From Elusimicrobiota bacterium (lineage in GTDB: Bacteria > Elusimicrobiota > Elusimicrobia > UBA1565 > JACRDR01): a DNA stretch of 29,575 bases. The position numbers and the translations under genes were made by a program. Each line of letters opens with the position of its first letter. The stretch's first letter is position 1. The DNA is taken from the NCBI GenBank assembly GCA_041694815.1, contig JBGFSC010000052.1, forward strand, positions 1 through 29,575. The letters are read 5' to 3'. The notes below the pieces were generated by a model. The model saw only the letters and a list, made by a program, of their open reading frames with translations. It searched no databases and was not told the DNA's origin. Of the stretch, positions 25,038 through 29,575 are shown in pieces.

Positions 25038-25457
25038 TTAATAAGTGCTCCAAACCCCGCCTTTCGTATCCGTATGGGAACAATTGACCCATACCGAGCC
25101 GAAATCGGCCGCGGAGGGGCTATTGGTGTAACCCCAGCCTCCCGCGTCGGTAAGGGAATTCGTCTCGTCTGAAGAGCCTTGATGCAGCGGCAGGCGGGTT
25201 TTGGGCAGGGAGCTCATAAATTTCCCGTTGACGGTCAACGAGGCCAGAGTCGTGGGGAATATCCCCTCCATGTCGGCGTAGTAGATCGTCACGGCGCTGC
25301 GGATGGCCCCGAGATTGCCCTTGGTGGCGCCGTCGTTGGCCTTCGTGAGGACCTGGCCGTAGCGCGGTATCGCGATCACGGCGAGCAGGCCGATGACGGT
25401 GACTACGATCATCAACTCCAGCAGGGTGAATCCGGCCAGGGAGATCGATTTTCGCAT
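25038..25457 (-). CDS. Major type IV pilin / GspG-like pseudopilin
   Basis: G|FTLLELMIVVTVIGLLAVIAIPRY, then ATKGNLGAIRSAVTIYYADMEG. ATG at 25457 (track start is TTG at 25466). Confidence 0.92.
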   Translation of the reverse strand: MRKSISLAGFTLLELMIVVTVIGLLAVIAIPRYGQVLTKANDGATKGNLGAIRSAVTIYYADMEGIFPTTLASLTVNGKFMSSLPKTRLPLHQGSSDETNSLTDAGGWGYTNSPSAADFGSVWVNCSHTDTKGGVWSTY

Positions 25458-25462
25458 GGGAC

Positions 25463-25975
25463 TCAAGCCTCCGGTTCGGCTTTAGCGAGCTGGTTGATGA
25501 GCAGCCCCACGGTCCAGATGCTGGCGGCGTAGGTGAAGGTTTCGCAATAGGTCGCCCAGGCGTGGCTGCCCCTGAGGAATTGGATGCAGAACAGCACGAC
25601 GGTAAACAGCGCGGCCGTGCCGGTCGTCGTCTTGCGGTCCTCGAAGGTCGCGACGGAGGAGATGGAAAGAAGCAGCAGCATCCATACCGGCTTCCAGAAG
25701 GGCCAGAGCAGGTATACCAAGGGGATATTGAATAAGTAATTGAAGGCGATGCGGAAGTTGCGCAGAGTCGTGAAGTTGACCCCGGGGCGCGCCATCAGCC
25801 GGATCATCGCGTAATTGGTGACGCTCGTCATGCCGATGAGCGCGATGGCGACGATAGTGGCCCTATTGAAGCCTACCGCGACCGCTCCCATGAGAACCAG
25901 GAGAAGGGCGAACGGAGTCAGGTACCGGGTTACGGATTGGGCATAGGTCCTAGGCTGCGTTATCTTGATTTTCAT
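25463..25975 (-). CDS. Small polytopic membrane protein of unknown function
   Basis: 170 aa with about 5-6 hydrophobic segments; abuts the pilin gene. Confidence 0.8.
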   Translation of the reverse strand: MKIKITQPRTYAQSVTRYLTPFALLLVLMGAVAVGFNRATIVAIALIGMTSVTNYAMIRLMARPGVNFTTLRNFRIAFNYLFNIPLVYLLWPFWKPVWMLLLLSISSVATFEDRKTTTGTAALFTVVLFCIQFLRGSHAWATYCETFTYAASIWTVGLLINQLAKAEPEA

Positions 25976-26220
25976 GCCGCCATCCTATCACAATTTTGTC
26001 ATATGTGCATACAGGGTTTCGGTCGCGCCCGCGGCTCTCGGAGTTTCTTCCTCGCACCGACAGTAGCGTCCAGAGAGCGGCCAGCAGCAAAAGGCCTAGG
26101 CGAGAAAATACCCGGCGGAATTAGGGAAAGGGGCCGGGACGGGTAGGTCAGCCCATCGACCAAAGGCAAGCGGCCGACAGCAGGGTTATGAAAAAATGAA
26201 TTCGGCTTTTGTATCGGCCC

Positions 26221-26640
26221 TTAAGATTTGATTTGGTAGATGTAATCCCCCTTCCGGCAGCGGTCGTTGACCTTGATCCCGACGCCGTCGCCCGCGTTGG
26301 CCTGCTGCACGCTCTGATGCCCGATCTGCATGGATTCGACGAGCTCGATGAGATCGGTGGTATGCCCGCGCACGTGTATCTTGTCCCCGACGGCCAGGGG
26401 TTTCTGCAGGGTCAAGGCGATGACGCCGATATGCGCGTAGTAATCATCGACGACGCCCAGCGGCGTTTCCCCTTCTAGCGGCTGCCTCCAGGGCAGCGGC
26501 GCGGGGGCGGCCCGTCGGGCGGGCGCCTTCTTCGCCCGGGCCTTGACCTTCTTTTTGGCGACTGCCTTCTTGGTTTTCCGGACGGGCTTCTTGCGGGTGA
26601 CGGCCTTCTTCTTTTTGATCGGCTTCTTTTTCTTGGCCAT
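26221..26640 (-). CDS. Translation-factor-like beta-barrel protein (EF-Tu domain II / U32 C-terminal-like) with a Lys/Ala-rich N-terminal tail
   Basis: GVVDDYYAHIGV...LAVGDKIHVRGHTTD...VESMQI...AGDGVGIKV...RKGDYIY. AGGAGG SD upstream. Confidence 0.8.
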   Translation of the reverse strand: MAKKKKPIKKKKAVTRKKPVRKTKKAVAKKKVKARAKKAPARRAAPAPLPWRQPLEGETPLGVVDDYYAHIGVIALTLQKPLAVGDKIHVRGHTTDLIELVESMQIGHQSVQQANAGDGVGIKVNDRCRKGDYIYQIKS

Positions 26641-26701
26641 GCGTCCTCCTCAACTCATGCAGGCATGCAGGATAGTAAAAAAATTTACATGTGTGCTATT
26701 A

Positions 26702-26783
26702 CGGTGCCAGGCATCCACTTTCTACACTTTCTCAACTTTCTCAAGAATTTCAACAAAGTGAAGAAAGTGCATGCCTGGCACCG
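26702..26783. repeat. 29-bp imperfect inverted repeat (27/29) with a 24-nt spacer, ending at the poxB RBS
   Basis: cggtgccaggcatccactttctacacttt (26702-26730) pairs with aaagtgaagaaagtgcatgcctggcaccg (26755-26783). Confidence 0.88.
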
Positions 26784-26791
26784 GAGGAAAT

Positions 26792-28552
26792 ATGAAAACA
26801 ACCGCCGCGGACATGTTGCTAGATACGATTTACCGCTGGGGCGTGCGCGTCGTCTTCGGCCTGCCCGGCGACGGCATCAACGGGATCATGGAGTCCCTGC
26901 GCAAGCGGCAGGACAAGATACGCTTCGTGCAGGTGCGTCATGAGGAAGCGGCCGCCTTCATGGCCTGCGGCTACGCCAAGTTCAGCTGCGGGCTGGGCGC
27001 CTGCCTAGCCACTTCGGGGCCCGGGGGCATCCACCTGCTCAACGGGCTCTACGACGCTAAGATGGACGGCCATCCCGTGCTGGCGATCACGGGAATGCAG
27101 TTCCACGACCTCCTCGAGACCCATACCCAGCAGGATGTCGAGCTAGACAAGCTGTTCATGGACGTCGCCGTCTACAACGCGCGCGTCATGGGCCCCTCGC
27201 ACGTCGAAAACGTCGCCGAGCTCGCCTGCCGGACGGCGCTGGCCCGGCGGGGCGTGGCGCATATCACCTTCCCCGTCGACATCCAAAACATGCCCGTCAG
27301 CGAGCGCAACGGTTTACGCTCGAAGAGAAACGTCCCGCACCACGTTTCCGCGGCCCGGGGGAGAAGGGCTCCGCTGCCGGAGGAGGAGGACCTGCGCCGG
27401 GCGGCGGATATCCTCAATCGAGGCGAGAGGGTAGCGATCCTCGCCGGCCAGGGGGCGCTGGGCGCCTCCCCGGAGCTCGAGCGCGCGGCCGAGCTCTTGG
27501 GGGCTCCCGTGGTCAAGGCGCTTTTGGGCCGAGCCGTGCTGCCCGACGACAGTCCGTATACGACCGGGGGTGCCGGCCTGCTGGGCACGCGCCCGTCCCA
27601 GGAGGCCCTGGAGGACTGCGATACCCTGCTTTTGGTCGGCACCTCGTTTCCCTACATCGAATTCTACCCCAAGCCGGGGCAGGCGCGCGCCGTGCAGATC
27701 GACCTCGACCCGGTGCGCATCGGGCTGCGCTTCCCGGTGGAACTGGGACTGGTCGGAGACAGCCGGGCCACCCTGCAGGCCCTACTACCCTTGCTGGAGC
27801 GCAAGGCGGATCGCTCCTTTCTCGAGAAGGCGCAGCGGGGGATGCGGGAATGGTGGAAACTGATGGAGGAGTACGGCACGCTCAAGCAGAAGCCGATGAA
27901 GCCCCAGGTCGTGGCCTGGGAGCTGGGCAAGCGCTTATCGGCAGAGGCCATCGTGGCCTGCGATTCCGGAACGGTAGCCACCTGGTGGGCGCGGCACATC
28001 CCGGTGCGCCAAGGCCAGATGCATAGCGTTTCGGGCAATCTCGCGAGCATGGCCTGCGGGCTGCCGTACGCCATCGCCGCGCAGCTGGCCTTCCCGAAGC
28101 GGCAAGTCGTCGCCTTTGTCGGCGATGGGGCGTTCTCGATGCTCATGGCGGAATTCGCGACCTGCGTGAAGTACAAGCTGCCCGTGAAGGTTTTCGTGAT
28201 AAAAAACAACACCTTGGGGCAGATCCAATGGGAGCAGATGGTCTTCCTCGGCAATCCGGAATACGGCTGCGAGCTGCAGCCGATCGATTTCACGGCGATA
28301 GCTCAGGCCTGCGGGGGCTCCGGCTTGCGCATCGAGGATCCCAACCGATGCGGCGAGCTCATCGAGAAGGCGCTCTCTACCCCTGGGCCCGTGCTCGTGG
28401 AGGCTGTGGTCGATCCCTTCGAGCCCCCCATCCCTCCCAAGGTCAGCTTCGAGCAGGCCAAGCATTTCGCGCAATCGCTGATCCGCGGCACTCCCAACCG
28501 CGAGAAAATCGCGCTTACGGTGCTGCGCGACAAGGTGCGGGAAATTATTTAG
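26792..28552 (+). CDS. poxB: Pyruvate oxidase/dehydrogenase (PoxB/YdaP-like TPP- and FAD-dependent enzyme)
   Basis: FGLPGDGIN, RHEEAAAFMA, SGPGGIHLLNGLYDAK, SGNLASMACGLP, TPP motif GDGAFSM...KNN. GGAGG at 26783-26787 precedes ATG 26792. Confidence 0.92.
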   Translation: MKTTAADMLLDTIYRWGVRVVFGLPGDGINGIMESLRKRQDKIRFVQVRHEEAAAFMACGYAKFSCGLGACLATSGPGGIHLLNGLYDAKMDGHPVLAITGMQFHDLLETHTQQDVELDKLFMDVAVYNARVMGPSHVENVAELACRTALARRGVAHITFPVDIQNMPVSERNGLRSKRNVPHHVSAARGRRAPLPEEEDLRRAADILNRGERVAILAGQGALGASPELERAAELLGAPVVKALLGRAVLPDDSPYTTGGAGLLGTRPSQEALEDCDTLLLVGTSFPYIEFYPKPGQARAVQIDLDPVRIGLRFPVELGLVGDSRATLQALLPLLERKADRSFLEKAQRGMREWWKLMEEYGTLKQKPMKPQVVAWELGKRLSAEAIVACDSGTVATWWARHIPVRQGQMHSVSGNLASMACGLPYAIAAQLAFPKRQVVAFVGDGAFSMLMAEFATCVKYKLPVKVFVIKNNTLGQIQWEQMVFLGNPEYGCELQPIDFTAIAQACGGSGLRIEDPNRCGELIEKALSTPGPVLVEAVVDPFEPPIPPKVSFEQAKHFAQSLIRGTPNREKIALTVLRDKVREII

Positions 28553-29375
28553 AGGCGCCGCTGACGAGGTACTGCGCCACCGGCAGCGGTTCGCCCGGGA
28601 GGCGTTCCTTTAGCCATTGAAGGGCAGCCGGGCCCTTGGCCTTCTCCTTTTTGTCGGACTCCAGATGCAATTGCCGCGATCTTTCGGCGGCGATTTTGAA
28701 AGCCTCTTTTTCACTGATGGGGCCGTCCTCGCGGCGTGCCAGCAGGGCCTTGAAGAACGGGCGGATGAAGAACTGGCAGCGGACCTTATGGTAGCCATCG
28801 ACGGCCGATATCGCTATAACTTTCTTGTTTTTATTCGAGGTCATGGCCTCGGCGAATTTCCCCGAATAGCATTGATCCCCGATATACAGATAGCTCCCGG
28901 CTTGATTGTCCAGGAGCCCCTTCGCCAATTCCTCGGGCGATATCGATCCGTCCTTGAGCTCGAGCCGGGTCCCGAGAACGTCCTGGCTTCCATGGCCGGT
29001 CGTATAAATGACCAGACTATCCTCGGGCCCCAGATTGTTTTTTAACCATGCGAAAAGTTTCCGGAGATTTTCGACGCGAGGCTCGTATTTTTTGGGCTCG
29101 CGGTCATTGTAGCGTTCCGTAAGAATAATCATGCGGTCGAGAGCGATGCCGTAGCGCCGCTTCATCACGAACGCGGCCAGGTAGGCGTTTCCGATATGGA
29201 TCGGAGGGTAGATCGAACTGTCGTCGCCGTTGATGATGATCCCGTAAGTATTCCCTCCGCGCTGCTCAAGCGGCTGGGCCACCGGAACCGGAACTTGGAC
29301 TTCGTCGCGGGCGTCGAGAAGGCCGCCGTACGCCGCGGCCCCCAAGAACAATGCAGTGATCCAAGAAATCGGCAC
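28545..29375 (-). CDS. Clan CD cysteine peptidase (C13 legumain/caspase-like), probably exported; start uncertain (open frame extends to 29483)
   Basis: His motif IYTTGHG and Cys motif IGDQCYSGKF. GTG 29375 gives signal-like MPISWITALFLGAAAYG and lies 7 nt from a TACACT -10. Confidence 0.75.
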   Translation of the reverse strand: MPISWITALFLGAAAYGGLLDARDEVQVPVPVAQPLEQRGGNTYGIIINGDDSSIYPPIHIGNAYLAAFVMKRRYGIALDRMIILTERYNDREPKKYEPRVENLRKLFAWLKNNLGPEDSLVIYTTGHGSQDVLGTRLELKDGSISPEELAKGLLDNQAGSYLYIGDQCYSGKFAEAMTSNKNKKVIAISAVDGYHKVRCQFFIRPFFKALLARREDGPISEKEAFKIAAERSRQLHLESDKKEKAKGPAALQWLKERLPGEPLPVAQYLVSGASK

Positions 29376-29575
29376 GATGACAGTGTACGTCCCCTGCCGA
29401 GCCTGGCCCAGGGCCTTTTGGGGCCTGCGGCTCTGGGTCCATGGGCCTAGAGGGCCAGAACTCGTCGGGCACATCGTTACCACCTACCGAAAGAACGAGA
29501 AATCTGTTGGATGTCGTTTAAAGAATTAAAAAGAATGAGGCGCAAGCACTCCCTGACAGAACGCGAATTCGTGAC

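Noticed and set aside
26010..26220. About 210-bp intergenic stretch as a riboswitch, ncRNA or small ORF
   Set aside because: I recognise no aptamer consensus or strong stem. An Infernal/Rfam scan would be needed to decide.

Overview
This is a GC-rich bacterial window, probably Elusimicrobiota. That is inferred from the pilin, PorV-like/TPR and CTD protein styles; no marker gene is present. It holds about 23 genes. (1) A giant phage-tail-fibre-like repeat protein on the minus strand starts at 5317 and runs off the left edge (at least 1772 codons). The ORF track omits it. (2) A roughly 1000-aa secreted beta-helix protein with a type-IX-like (CHU_C/gliding-motility) C-terminal domain is translationally coupled to a PorV/FadL-like barrel-TPR fusion and a HAMP histidine kinase. 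(3) A PilB/GspE-PilC/GspF-three minor pilin operon is present, with a separate major pilin. (4) Ten two-component genes are interleaved with these, including three paralogous REC-HisKA-HATPase hybrids. (5) On the right flank lie a membrane protein, a Lys-rich EF-like beta-barrel protein, a pyruvate oxidase and a clan-CD peptidase. Non-coding signals are several near-consensus sigma70 promoters (several apparently leaderless), a family of REP-like hairpins and a 29-bp inverted repeat abutting the poxB RBS. The best candidate for an undescribed system is a fibre / adaptor-CTD protein / barrel-TPR / kinase module for surface display and sensing.
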